64,000 nucleotides of DNA from Patescibacteria group bacterium (GTDB lineage Bacteria; Patescibacteriota; Patescibacteriia; UBA9934; GWF2-40-263), in assembly GCA_035290185.1 (NCBI GenBank), contig DATDUW010000022.1:1579-65578 (forward strand), read 5' to 3'. A program made the translations under genes and the position numbers. Below, in pieces: positions 26,889-36,105 of the stretch; the stretch's first letter is position 1, and each line of letters begins with the position of its first letter. Below the pieces are notes generated by a model. The model worked only from the letters and a program-made list of their open reading frames with translations. It ran no database searches and was not told the DNA's origin.

Positions 26889-27974
26889 CTAAGATAGTCG
26901 GCGAACAACTCCTTTATGTGCGTTTACTTCGACGAAATCCCCATCCTTCAGAACCTTCGTCGCGATTTTTGTTCCGATGATGCAAGGGACTCCAAGCTCG
27001 CGAGACACGATCGCGGCATGACACGTAATTCCGCCTTCGTCTGTAATGATTGCGACCGCTTTTTTGATGGCGGGGAGATACCACGGCGTTGTCATGGGAG
27101 CGACAAGAATGTCCCCTTGTTCAACTTTTCCAAGTTCTTCCCGATTAAAAACGATCTTCACTTTCCCCTTTGCCATTCCCACGTTTGCGGGATTTCCTTT
27201 TATTTCTCCAGGCTGGCTAACAGCGGTTTGATCCTGCGGAAGGATGTAGCTCCTTTTTGAAAGCTCTTTCCCCAAATCATTTTCAAAAATCAATTGTCCG
27301 TCGATATAAGCGAACGGTATCGCACGCCGTTTTTCCAGGTCATTTTTGTTTAACTTTCCACTCTGAAGGGACTCAAGGAGTTCGGAATGACTGACGTATC
27401 TTGTGTAAACGTCGTCCCATCCTTGCAGCTCAAATAAGCGATGGATGATATGGAGGATCGTTTCTATGGAACGATCAAAGAACGGGTCGGTCTCCGTCCG
27501 CCATTTTCGACATTGATTAAAAACGTTTTCGCTGAAAAGATGGGTTGTTTCCTGCCACAGGGGAAGAAGGTAGGTTGTTACAATGCCTGGGAAGCCTTGG
27601 ACAAACGAAGCCTCCATTCGACGAAGGGCATCCAAGGCCTCTTGGGTCGTTGCCAACGGCCACTGTCGGATGTCGGCACGTGTTTCCAACGCTGCTTTTT
27701 GTCTTTCATAAGTTTCCGGAAGTCTTGCTTCATTTCCTTCGATCCATTTCGCAAGACCAAAAGGAATTTCCTCCATGCGTTTAGAATCCCGATAGCACTC
27801 TACCGTCCCTTTCGTAAACAGAAAGAGGTTTTCTGGAAAAGGGAATCCAAAGAAACACTCCGTTTCATTTGTGATTCCTTCATACCAGCTTTCCACGCCG
27901 ATAAGAGGAGCCTCACGGGTGATGATTTTTACGAAGGGAACGAGAGGTTGATTTTCTGAGGGAGGAGATTTCAT
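26889..27974 (-). CDS. Second PEP-utilizing mobile-domain protein (paralogous C-terminus, different N-terminal domain)
   Basis: C-terminus GDILVAPMTTPWYLPAIKKAVAIITDEGGITCHAAIVSRELGVPCIIG. The N-terminal ~270 aa are unrelated to those of the 25359 gene. Confidence 0.75.
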   Translation of the reverse strand: MKSPPSENQPLVPFVKIITREAPLIGVESWYEGITNETECFFGFPFPENLFLFTKGTVECYRDSKRMEEIPFGLAKWIEGNEARLPETYERQKAALETRADIRQWPLATTQEALDALRRMEASFVQGFPGIVTTYLLPLWQETTHLFSENVFNQCRKWRTETDPFFDRSIETILHIIHRLFELQGWDDVYTRYVSHSELLESLQSGKLNKNDLEKRRAIPFAYIDGQLIFENDLGKELSKRSYILPQDQTAVSQPGEIKGNPANVGMAKGKVKIVFNREELGKVEQGDILVAPMTTPWYLPAIKKAVAIITDEGGITCHAAIVSRELGVPCIIGTKIATKVLKDGDFVEVNAHKGVVRRLS

Positions 27975-28016
27975 AGGGAAGAAGATTTGGTTTTGTTCTG
28001 TTTGGCCTTCAGTAGA

Positions 28017-28994
28017 CTAGAGTGTCGTCACTGGCCTTGACTGCGTGATAAAGAATACCCCAGCCTCCTGGGCCCATTCGATGTCGCAGGGGAAGCCGTA
28101 GTGTTTTTCGATTCCTTGGCAGATGTCCGCGAGTTTGCGGATCTGTCCCCCATCGATTTTTTGGCGAGTTCGTTTGTCTTGCGGAACCCGCACCTGTTCA
28201 TTGCCTCCGTCTTCTTTGCGAATCAGCCCGCCTGCGTCCTCTCTTGGACTCCGGCGGGCAAGCATGATCTCCTGCTCGCTGACGTTGACATCCAGAAGCG
28301 TCCCATCCCGCTTGTCCAGGACATAGGAGTCGGGCGTGACCACACCACCGACAATGTACTCGCCCAAGCCCCAACAGGATTCGATGATCATTTGATTCGG
28401 ATCTTTCGTAACGGGATGTACGGTAAAGCAGATGCCGGAAATTTCAGAGTTCACCATTTTTTGGATAACCACGGCCACGGAGACATGACTCTTCCGCATG
28501 CCTTTTTCATTGCGATAGACAATGGCCCTTGGGGTAAACAGAGATGCCCAGCATTTTTTGACATTGCCCAGCAGGGTTTTTTCGGTCGTGTTGAGGTAGC
28601 TTTCGAGCTCCCCGGCCCAGCTAGCTGTGGAGGAATCTTCGGCCGTGGCAGAGGAACGCACGGCAACGAATTTTGCATTGAGCTCTCGGAAGGAGGTGAG
28701 GACCTCTTCCTCAATGTCGCGTGGGAACCGGGCGTCATGGATAAGGTCATGGATGACGCGCGAGGCCCGCTCCACCGAGGCCACGTCTTCGTAGTTAACC
28801 TGATCGAGCTGGGCTTCGATTTCTTGAACCAGATTCGTCTCGCGTAGGAATTGGTCAAAGGAGGGAGCCAGCACAACAAACCCTGGAGGAACAGGAATTC
28901 CTGCCTGGGTCATCTCTCCAAGTGATGCTCCTTTGCCTCCGGCTAGGTGCGTATCGTTTTTGGAGAGGTCGGAAAAGGGGCGGGTGAATGGCAT
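28017..28994 (-). CDS. PPDK_N-type ATP-grasp nucleotide-binding domain protein (PEP synthase / pyruvate phosphate dikinase N-terminal domain as a stand-alone protein)
   Basis: N-terminus FSDLSKNDTHLAGGKGASLGEM is the PPDK_N hallmark. Length (325 aa) fits the ATP-grasp domain only. Confidence 0.8.
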   Translation of the reverse strand: MPFTRPFSDLSKNDTHLAGGKGASLGEMTQAGIPVPPGFVVLAPSFDQFLRETNLVQEIEAQLDQVNYEDVASVERASRVIHDLIHDARFPRDIEEEVLTSFRELNAKFVAVRSSATAEDSSTASWAGELESYLNTTEKTLLGNVKKCWASLFTPRAIVYRNEKGMRKSHVSVAVVIQKMVNSEISGICFTVHPVTKDPNQMIIESCWGLGEYIVGGVVTPDSYVLDKRDGTLLDVNVSEQEIMLARRSPREDAGGLIRKEDGGNEQVRVPQDKRTRQKIDGGQIRKLADICQGIEKHYGFPCDIEWAQEAGVFFITQSRPVTTL

Positions 28995-29018
28995 AATGGA
29001 AGGGGAGAAGGGGAGATC

Positions 29019-29990
29019 TTAGACTCGTACCTCCCGTTCCAAGTCGTCTTTTTCTTTGATGATTTCCAACAGCTGTTCTTTGGTTAGGTTCCATTGGTTA
29101 TCATTGAATCGAACGCGGATTTCTTCCGTGCCGGTTTTATTTTTTCCGAGAACGACCGAAAATCCTTGATTAACATCAAAGCCGTTGGTCGAAGGAAGGG
29201 AAGCAATGAATTCATGAATAGCCTTCTCGGCTGCTTCTTTTGGATTGTGTCCTTCGCGTTCGGCTTTGGCCTCTTCTGCCTTCTCAATCGCCTTCATGAG
29301 AAAGCATTCCGTGACGGTTTGATGCGATCCCATAAAACGCTGAAGTTCATTATGAAATTTTTCGTATTTTTTAGGCTCCTTTTTCGCAATACGTTCCCAG
29401 TTTTCCAGGGCTCGCAGATATCCGTAAACGAGATCAGCGACATTTCCGGCTGCCCGGGAATAAGAAGTGGATTCGTGATCTTGGTTCTCACGGATAATAT
29501 GGTCGCTATCATTACGTAGAAAGTTCATGCAGTCTTTCGATTTCAGAAATCGATCATAGCCTTCTTTTTTAAAGGCCGGGGATCCGTCAAAAGAAAAATC
29601 CAGCGCTTTTCTTTTTCCACCTTTTTTCTGTCCCCTCAGTCCTTGCTCTTCAAGATATTTTTCAACAGTTTTTTCAATCTCGGATAAGGCCATTTCAGGC
29701 GGAATTTCTTCCGTGCTGGCAAACATCTGATGGTGGGCAGTTTCGAGCGCCCGATTTCGCCGTGATCCGTATGCTACCGCAACTTCCGGTTGAGGATTTT
29801 TGTTTGCACCAGTTGCCTGCGCAGCCACCCTTCCTTCCGGAGTCAGAAGAATGTCGTAGTCTGTTTCACCTTCCTTTTTATCTGCCTTAATGCTGTGCCT
29901 AAAAAATTCCAACCGAATCGTTGGTTGGGGGGCTTGTTCCGTTTCTCTTGCAGAAATGGTTTCGGGAGGAGTTGAACGTTCGCCTGTCAT
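29019..29990 (-). CDS. Histidine phosphatase superfamily-like protein (divergent)
   Basis: FFRHS followed by LTPEGRVAAQA resembles the RHG...LTxxGxxQA catalytic core of PGAM/SixA-type phosphatases. The long C-terminal extension is uncharacterised. Confidence 0.4.
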   Translation of the reverse strand: MTGERSTPPETISARETEQAPQPTIRLEFFRHSIKADKKEGETDYDILLTPEGRVAAQATGANKNPQPEVAVAYGSRRNRALETAHHQMFASTEEIPPEMALSEIEKTVEKYLEEQGLRGQKKGGKRKALDFSFDGSPAFKKEGYDRFLKSKDCMNFLRNDSDHIIRENQDHESTSYSRAAGNVADLVYGYLRALENWERIAKKEPKKYEKFHNELQRFMGSHQTVTECFLMKAIEKAEEAKAEREGHNPKEAAEKAIHEFIASLPSTNGFDVNQGFSVVLGKNKTGTEEIRVRFNDNQWNLTKEQLLEIIKEKDDLEREVRV

Positions 29991-30083
29991 AGAAAAAGAA
30001 GTTCAGATGAGATAGAATTTGATCAACTATAAACAAATTCAACTTTCGAAACAATAGAACCGTTGTCCGTTCAACACAACACT

Positions 30084-30875
30084 ATGAATAAAATGAGCCT
30101 GGAAACGTTGGGGTATCTCGGGTTGGATCCTGAACAAAGCAAGGTCTATGCGGCTTGCTTGAAGTTGGGAAAGGGAAAGGCCCAGGAAATTGCAAAAACC
30201 GCAAACATTCATCGCACCGTGGTTTATCAGCACCTGGAAAAGCTGGCAGAGCGCGGGCTTGTCCACGTCTCCGTTGTCAAAGGAACGCGTGAGTATGCGG
30301 TCGCAAACCCGAACGTGATCCTTTCGATTTTTAAGCAGCGCGAAAAGGAGATCGAAGCCGTGCTTCCGCTTCTGCTTTCTCTGTATGCAGCCGGGCATCC
30401 GTCCAAACCGCAGTTTCGTTTTTATACGGACATTGCCGGAGTCCGCACGGTCCTTGAGGAAGTGCTTGAGAGCTCCTCAAAATTTTATCGGCACATCGGG
30501 GCTTTTTATGACAGGGAATTCCTTCTTTTGTTGGGATTGGATTTTTTGAAAGACTGGTCAGAGCGGCGTATAGCCCGCGGCGTAGACCATCGATCCCTTA
30601 GGCCGGAAGGGCGCAAGCAGCTTGATAGAGAAATGGACGATATTTTTATCGGAAGAGGGAAAAAATTTCTCCGCGACTATCGGTATCTTTCCATTCCCGC
30701 GGATCTCCCGATCCTCATTTATTTGTTTGATGAAAAAGTGGCTTTCGTGGGTGCTCGCGTGGGGCATGTGTATGCGGCCGTCCTTGAGTCAAAAGACGTG
30801 TATGACGTTTTGGGTCATATCTTCGACCGACTTTGGGAAACAGCAGAAGTGCCGGAAAAGGAAATGGAAAGGTAG
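30084..30875 (+). CDS. TrmB-family HTH transcriptional regulator
   Basis: N-terminal wHTH (LGLDPEQSKVYAACLKLGKGKAQEIAKTANIHRTVVYQHLEKLAERGLV) typical of TrmB. ORF 30063-30875; the likely start is an internal Met. Confidence 0.65.
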   Translation: MNKMSLETLGYLGLDPEQSKVYAACLKLGKGKAQEIAKTANIHRTVVYQHLEKLAERGLVHVSVVKGTREYAVANPNVILSIFKQREKEIEAVLPLLLSLYAAGHPSKPQFRFYTDIAGVRTVLEEVLESSSKFYRHIGAFYDREFLLLLGLDFLKDWSERRIARGVDHRSLRPEGRKQLDREMDDIFIGRGKKFLRDYRYLSIPADLPILIYLFDEKVAFVGARVGHVYAAVLESKDVYDVLGHIFDRLWETAEVPEKEMER

Positions 30876-30973
30876 GGCGTTGTTGGAAAAGCACGACAGA
30901 GGACGTGACAAATACGTCCTTTTATGGCAAGGTCTGCCTTAGTTTTTTGTGAGTCCGTACATTCAATTAGGAG

Positions 30974-31528
30974 GTGGACATGAAGAGGGTTATTTTGCTG
31001 AGACACGGCGAGAAGGGTCAGGGGAACCAAAAAGAGATGCTCTCCTGGGCTGGGATGAAGCGGGCAAGAGAATCGGGTCAAGACATGATGTTTGGGGGAG
31101 TTGGGGGGTTTGATCTGTATGTGGTAAGTGAAGCCTTCAGAACCATACAGACCCTCGCGGCTTTGGCTGTTGGAGCTGAATGGGTTGTTCAGACGTTAAA
31201 AATCATGGATCTATGGGGGGCAACGCCGTATGAGTGGAAGTGCGCTGTGGAGAAAGCCGGGGGGTCCAAAGAGTTGGCGGATCTTCGCTCTTCGAATCCC
31301 GGATTTTTTTCGGTCACCTCGCTGAGGTTATCCTTGACCTTCTGGGAGATCAGGGGGTTTGTTGAAGAAGAGGGTTCAGTCCTCTTCATCGGGCACTCGC
31401 CTACGACCGAAATGCTTGTTTTGTCACTGACCGGGAAGGAGATCATTCCTCTCGGCGAGTGCGAGGGGGTCGAGCTCGAGGTCGAGGGGAAGGTGGTGCA
31501 GATCGTCCGGGAAATTCGGAATCCCTGA
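30974..31528 (+). CDS. Histidine phosphatase family protein (SixA/PGAM-like)
   Basis: ILLRHGEKG catalytic RHG motif at the N-terminus; 184 aa. Confidence 0.65.
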   Translation: MDMKRVILLRHGEKGQGNQKEMLSWAGMKRARESGQDMMFGGVGGFDLYVVSEAFRTIQTLAALAVGAEWVVQTLKIMDLWGATPYEWKCAVEKAGGSKELADLRSSNPGFFSVTSLRLSLTFWEIRGFVEEEGSVLFIGHSPTTEMLVLSLTGKEIIPLGECEGVELEVEGKVVQIVREIRNP

Positions 31529-31575
31529 ATCCGCCCCCTCCCTGCCAATTCCACATTCATTCGTCTGCTCCCTCC

Positions 31576-31608
31576 GAGGCGGCCTTCACCGCCTCGTTTT
31601 CGTTTTCA
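31576..31608 (+). terminator. Rho-independent terminator
   Basis: GAGGCGG-ccttcac-CCGCCTC followed by GTTTTCGTTTTC. Confidence 0.7.
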
Positions 31609-31646
31609 GAGAAATGTGTCACGATGGCGATGATTTGGACTAGAAT

Positions 31647-31695
31647 AATTGTCATCCTGAGAAGCTTCCCATTTTCTGTGCGACGAAGGATCTCT
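31647..31695. repeat. REP-like intergenic element, copy 1 (core GTCATCCTGAG ... CGACGAAGGATCTCT)
   Basis: 49-nt sequence nearly identical at both ends to 36004-36050. Its 5' half also has an inverted partner at 31756-31778. Confidence 0.6.
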
Positions 31696-31777
31696 TTTTG
31701 TTCTGATTTCAGTTCATTTTCTTACAGAGGTTCTTCGGTCGCTACAAAAAACAAGCTTCCTCAGAATGACAATTTAT

Positions 31778-32281
31778 ATGAAAAAGCCCCAACTTTTTCC
31801 TTACATCCTGATTCCCCTTTTTGTCGTCTTTCTTATCCTTCAAATTCGTTCTTGGATTGTGAAACCCGAAGCTGAAACAGCCGTGCTTCAGAAGGAAACT
31901 ACCTCTGTTATTTTTCCGGACGGTTTTGACGTGAAGGCGGAGGTTGTTCGCACGCCAGAAGCACAGGCACAAGGATTGTCCGGACGTGAAGCGTTGAAGC
32001 CAGAGGAAGGCATGTTGTTTTTTTTGGAAGAGCCCGGGAAGTTGGCTATCTGGATGAAAGGCATGCGGTTTCCCATTGATGCGCTCTGGATACGTCATGG
32101 GACGGTCGTCTATGCCGTTTATAACGCTCCTGTGCCAGAGGTTGGAAAAAAAATCCCGTCGTTTTATCCTTCAGAGGAAGCGGATACCATTTTGGAAGTC
32201 CCAGCAGGAACAGCGGAGGCGCATGGAGTAAGCGTGGGGACGGAGGTGCGAGTAGAGGAGGTTGATGAGAACTCTTTGTAA
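31778..32281 (+). CDS. DUF192 (COG1430) family protein
   Basis: N-terminal TM then MLFF...MKGMRFPIDALWI...G.VV pattern typical of DUF192. ORF begins at 31766; the second Met at 31778 is the likelier start. Confidence 0.6.
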   Translation: MKKPQLFPYILIPLFVVFLILQIRSWIVKPEAETAVLQKETTSVIFPDGFDVKAEVVRTPEAQAQGLSGREALKPEEGMLFFLEEPGKLAIWMKGMRFPIDALWIRHGTVVYAVYNAPVPEVGKKIPSFYPSEEADTILEVPAGTAEAHGVSVGTEVRVEEVDENSL

Positions 32282-32288
32282 TCTCTCT

Positions 32289-32418
32289 CTCGTCATTGCG
32301 AGCGGAGTCCCGCCCCGGTTCTGTGGGAAGACGGGACGAAGCGAAGCAATCTCACGGGAAATGAGTTAACGAGAGATTGCTTCGTCGTACAAAAGAACGC
32401 ACTCCTCGCAATGACGAG
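32289..32418. repeat. Large nested-palindrome intergenic element (REP-like / structured RNA candidate)
   Basis: Outer arms CTCGTCATTGCGAGCGGAGT / ACTCCTCGCAATGACGAG and inner arms CGAAGCAATCTC / GAGATTGCTTCG. Shares the GTCATYSYGAG and GACGAAG motifs with the 31647 and 36004 elements. Confidence 0.55.
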
Positions 32419-32461
32419 TTATTTTCCATTTTTCTTCCCTTTCCTCCTCCCTCTTTTTATG

Positions 32462-33724
32462 TCCAACTTATTTTCCGTTCGTGGAGAAAACGAGCGCCGG
32501 AAGGGGGCGCCGCTGGCGGATCGCATGCGGCCGCGTTCGCTTGCGGAATGTGTGGGGCAGGAGAAACTCCTGGGAGAAGGAGGCGTGCTTCGGCGCGCCC
32601 TTTCGCAGGATCGGATTCCGTCGATGATTTTGTGGGGCCCCCCAGGAACAGGGAAGACGACGCTTGCGCGCATTATTGCCCACGAGACCTCTGCACGATT
32701 TATCGCGTTGTCCGCGGTCACAGCCGGCGTGCCTGAGGTGCGAGTCATTGTTCGGGAAGCGAAAGAACAGTTGGAATTGCACGGAGTCCGTACCATCGTT
32801 TTTGTTGATGAAATTCATCGGTTCAACAAGGCACAACAGGACGTTTTTTTGCCACACGTGGAAGATGGGACGATTGCGCTCATCGGAGCCACGACCGAGA
32901 ATCCGTCGTTTGAGGTGAATGCGGCTCTTTTGTCGCGTTCTCGCGTATTCGTTTTAAACAAGCTGTCTCCGAAAGACCTCTGGGTCGTCTTGCAACGCGC
33001 CCTGGAGGATTCAGAGAGAGGATTCGGTAGCCGATCCGTTGAAGCAGAAGAGGAAGCCCTTTCTCTTCTGTCTACGCTTGCGGATGGCGATGCCCGCGCG
33101 GCCCTTAACGCGCTTGAGATCGCGGTTGATACGGCGCCCGTGGAAAAGAGTGGGACGATTCGCCTTACTACCACACTTGTACGGCAGTCTTTGCAAAAAT
33201 CCCATCTGCTTTATGACCGTGCCGGGGAGGAACATTACAACATTATTTCCGCCCTCCATAAGTCCATGCGGGGCAGCGATGCGGACGCGGCTCTTTACTG
33301 GCTCGGACGCATGCTTGAAGCCGGGGAAGATCCGTTGTATATTGCGCGACGGCTGATCCGATTCGCTTCTGAAGACGTTGGCCTTGCGGATCCTGGCGCT
33401 CTTGTTCAAGCTGTGGCAGCTTTCCAGGCCGCGCATGCGGTGGGAATGCCAGAGTGTTCGGTCAACCTTTCCCAGGCTGTGGCGTATCTTTCCCAGGCAC
33501 CGAAATCTATCGATCTTTATCGTGCTTACGAAAAGGTAAGGGAAACAATCCAAAACCGTCCCGCCTATCCGGTTCCGCTCCATCTGCGCAATGCTCCGAC
33601 CGGACTGATGAAGGAGCTTGGCTATGGAAGGGATTCTGTGTATCCTCCGGAGGAAAAAGGAAAGACCCAGCCGTCCTATTTGCCGGAGGAGTTAGAAGGA
33701 AAAGTCTTTTTTGAAAAGGAATAA
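32462..33724 (+). CDS. rarA: Replication-associated recombination protein A (RarA/MgsA AAA+ ATPase)
   Basis: Walker A GPPGTGKTT, Walker B VFVDEIHRFNK, sensor and MgsA C-terminal helical domain motifs. ORF 32411-33724; the Met at 32462 lies after the palindromic element. Confidence 0.88.
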   Translation, partial: SNLFSVRGENERRKGAPLADRMRPRSLAECVGQEKLLGEGGVLRRALSQDRIPSMILWGPPGTGKTTLARIIAHETSARFIALSAVTAGVPEVRVIVREAKEQLELHGVRTIVFVDEIHRFNKAQQDVFLPHVEDGTIALIGATTENPSFEVNAALLSRSRVFVLNKLSPKDLWVVLQRALEDSERGFGSRSVEAEEEALSLLSTLADGDARAALNALEIAVDTAPVEKSGTIRLTTTLVRQSLQKSHLLYDRAGEEHYNIISALHKSMRGSDADAALYWLGRMLEAGEDPLYIARRLIRFASEDVGLADPGALVQAVAAFQAAHAVGMPECSVNLSQAVAYLSQAPKSIDLYRAYEKVRETIQNRPAYPVPLHLRNAPTGLMKELGYGRDSVYPPEEKGKTQPSYLPEELEGKVFFEKE

Positions 33725-33736
33725 TGTGCCCACCCT

Positions 33737-34189
33737 ATGACGACCGAGGAACTTCTTTCCAACCTTGAGCCAGGGAACACCCTTCTTGCTCGCAACGATC
33801 CATTCGATTACCGCGGTAAGGCCGAGATTACCCTTGATGGCGGCGACCGCGTCTACTGGCTTTTCGGCGATGAGGGGGCTTTTCTTTCTGTGAACCCCCA
33901 GACGGACGAAATCATGATTTTTACGCCAGCGGAAGGGGAAGTGGAGGAGGAGGAAGACATTGTGAGCTATTTTAATGATAGCTATGAGCTTTCCTATGAG
34001 GACCATGGAGAAATGACTTCCGTGGAAGAGATCGTCTCTGGTGAGGAGGGAAATCAATTTCATTTTAGAGATTTTGAAGACGAGGAGGGAAGGGTTATCC
34101 GTTTGCTCGAAAATGAGAGTACGAACGAAGAAAACGCCTATGCCGGTTCCGTGCTTTTGGAGGAAGATTTGACGCTCGTTGAGGAATAA
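33737..34189 (+). CDS. Hypothetical highly acidic protein
   Basis: 150-aa ORF, Glu/Asp-rich C-terminal half; no identifiable domain. Confidence 0.45.
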   Translation: MTTEELLSNLEPGNTLLARNDPFDYRGKAEITLDGGDRVYWLFGDEGAFLSVNPQTDEIMIFTPAEGEVEEEEDIVSYFNDSYELSYEDHGEMTSVEEIVSGEEGNQFHFRDFEDEEGRVIRLLENESTNEENAYAGSVLLEEDLTLVEE

Positions 34190-34206
34190 AAAATACCTGA
34201 TCGGTT

Positions 34207-35979
34207 ATGACGCGGAAAAACCGGTCTTCCGGACAGCGACGTCCGCCGGCAGCTTGGCGGCCACGTGTTCTGTTTGGAACGCTGGTTTTTCTCTCCGTTG
34301 CTATTGCGGCACGACTTTTTGTCCTCCAAATTTTCGATGCGGATTTTTATCAGGCTCTTGCTTCGGATCAACACAGCCTGTTTCAGGAATTTTTTCCGAA
34401 ACGCGGCCGTATTTTTGTCCACGACGGCAAAGAGGGTCGGTTGGTAGCTTTGGCAGCCAACGAACAACGGGCTTTCGTCTATGCCGATCCGAGACTTCTG
34501 TCCGATCCGGCGTCCACCGCAAAACGGATTGGAGAGATTTTGGGTCTTGGTGAGGAAAAAATTGCCGCGCTTTCTGTCAGGTTTTCCCACAAGGAAGATC
34601 CGTATGAGCCCGTGGCCCATCGGGTCACAGAGGAACAATTGCAGAAAATTTTGGAGCCAGGGGAAAAGGGTATCGCTTATGCCTGGGAATCTGTTCGCTT
34701 CTATCCGGAACCAAACACAAGTGGTCATGTCTTGGGTTTTGTGGGGGCGGACGAAGATGGAACGTTAGCAGGGAAATACGGCATCGAAGGAGCGTTTAAC
34801 AAAATTCTGACTGGGACGCCTGGATTTCTCCATTCGGAACGCGATATCGGCGGCCGTCTGATTGCCGTGGGAAATCATGCTTTTGTTCCCGCTGTCGATG
34901 GGGCGGATCTGGTGTTGACGCTGGATCTGCCCATTCAGTATGTCGCCTGCACGAAGCTTCAGGAAGCGGTTTCCAAGCACGAAGCAGACAGCGGTTCTGT
35001 TATTATCGTCGAGCCGAAAACAGGAAGAATCCTCGCTATGTGCAGCGTTCCGGATTTTGATCCGAATCGATACAATGAAGTGGAAAATGCTTCCGTGTTC
35101 AACAATCCAGCAGTTTTTGACGCTTATGAGCCCGGCTCTGTCTTTAAGCCGTTTACGATGGCAGCGGCTTTAGACACGGGGGCTGTGGAGCCAACGACGA
35201 CGTTTGAAGACACGGGATCCGTTATAGTAACGGGATGGCCCGCACCCTTGGCCAACGCAGAAAATAAAAAGTACGGGGTCGTTGACATGACCCAGGTTCT
35301 TGAGGATTCGATTAATACCGGCGTGATTTTTGCCCTTCGGCACACGGGGCTGGAGACGTTCGCCACCTACATCCATTCTTTCGGATTCGGAGAACGGACG
35401 GGTGTGGAGCTCGGAGCCGAATCCTCGGGGGACATTGCCTCCTTGGAGAACGTAAAAACGGAGATTTATCCTGCAACAGCTTCGTTCGGTCAGGGCATCA
35501 CGGTTACACCTCTTCAGATCGTTATGGCCTATGCTGCCATTGCCAATGGTGGCCTGTTGCTCCAGCCTAGGATCGTGGACGAGGTGAGGTATGCGGACGG
35601 TCGCATGGACCGTTCTGCTGTCAAGGAGGTGCGGCAGGTTATTCGCCCAAAGACGGCAAATTTGCTAGGGGCCATGCTTATTTCCGTTGTCGAGAACGGT
35701 CATGGAAAGCAGGCGGCTGTTTCGGGTTACTATATTGGCGGAAAAACCGGGACGGCGCAGGTGGCAAGCAAGGATCGTTCGGGTTATGATGCAGATGCCA
35801 CGATTGGTTCTTTTGCTGGCTTTGGCCCTGTGGACGATCCGCGTTTTGCCATGATTGTGCGTATTGACAACCCAAAGGGCGTGACCTGGGCTGAATCAAC
35901 AGCCGCACCAGTCTTTGGCGAGATTGCGGATTTTTTGGTACGTTATTTAGAAATTCCACCCAAGAGAGACCTCAAATAG
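34207..35979 (+). CDS. Class B penicillin-binding protein (PBP2/FtsI-type transpeptidase)
   Basis: N-terminal TM, PBP dimerisation region, transpeptidase motifs SVFKP (SxxK), SIN and KTGTA. Confidence 0.88.
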   Translation: MTRKNRSSGQRRPPAAWRPRVLFGTLVFLSVAIAARLFVLQIFDADFYQALASDQHSLFQEFFPKRGRIFVHDGKEGRLVALAANEQRAFVYADPRLLSDPASTAKRIGEILGLGEEKIAALSVRFSHKEDPYEPVAHRVTEEQLQKILEPGEKGIAYAWESVRFYPEPNTSGHVLGFVGADEDGTLAGKYGIEGAFNKILTGTPGFLHSERDIGGRLIAVGNHAFVPAVDGADLVLTLDLPIQYVACTKLQEAVSKHEADSGSVIIVEPKTGRILAMCSVPDFDPNRYNEVENASVFNNPAVFDAYEPGSVFKPFTMAAALDTGAVEPTTTFEDTGSVIVTGWPAPLANAENKKYGVVDMTQVLEDSINTGVIFALRHTGLETFATYIHSFGFGERTGVELGAESSGDIASLENVKTEIYPATASFGQGITVTPLQIVMAYAAIANGGLLLQPRIVDEVRYADGRMDRSAVKEVRQVIRPKTANLLGAMLISVVENGHGKQAAVSGYYIGGKTGTAQVASKDRSGYDADATIGSFAGFGPVDDPRFAMIVRIDNPKGVTWAESTAAPVFGEIADFLVRYLEIPPKRDLK

Positions 35980-36003
35980 AACAAACTTGCAAAGTAAAAT
36001 GGT

Positions 36004-36050
36004 ATTGTCATCCTGAGGAGTGCGATTTTCTGTTACGACGAAGGATCTCT
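36004..36050. repeat. REP-like intergenic element, copy 2
   Basis: ATTGTCATCCTGAGGAG...ATTTTCTGTTACGACGAAGGATCTCT; matches copy 1 except for the central ~9 nt. Confidence 0.6.
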
Positions 36051-36105
36051 CATCCTTGTTGAAATGAATTAAATAGCCGACGATTTTATCTCCTCCACAT
36101 TTTTT

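Noticed and set aside
32377-32796. ORFs 32377-32736 (+) and 32419-32796 (-) overlapping the rarA 5' end, and the extended rarA ORF start at 32411
   Set aside because: The 32289-32418 region is a nested palindromic non-coding element. rarA more plausibly starts at the Met at 32462 after it, and the other frames are Arg-rich artefacts.
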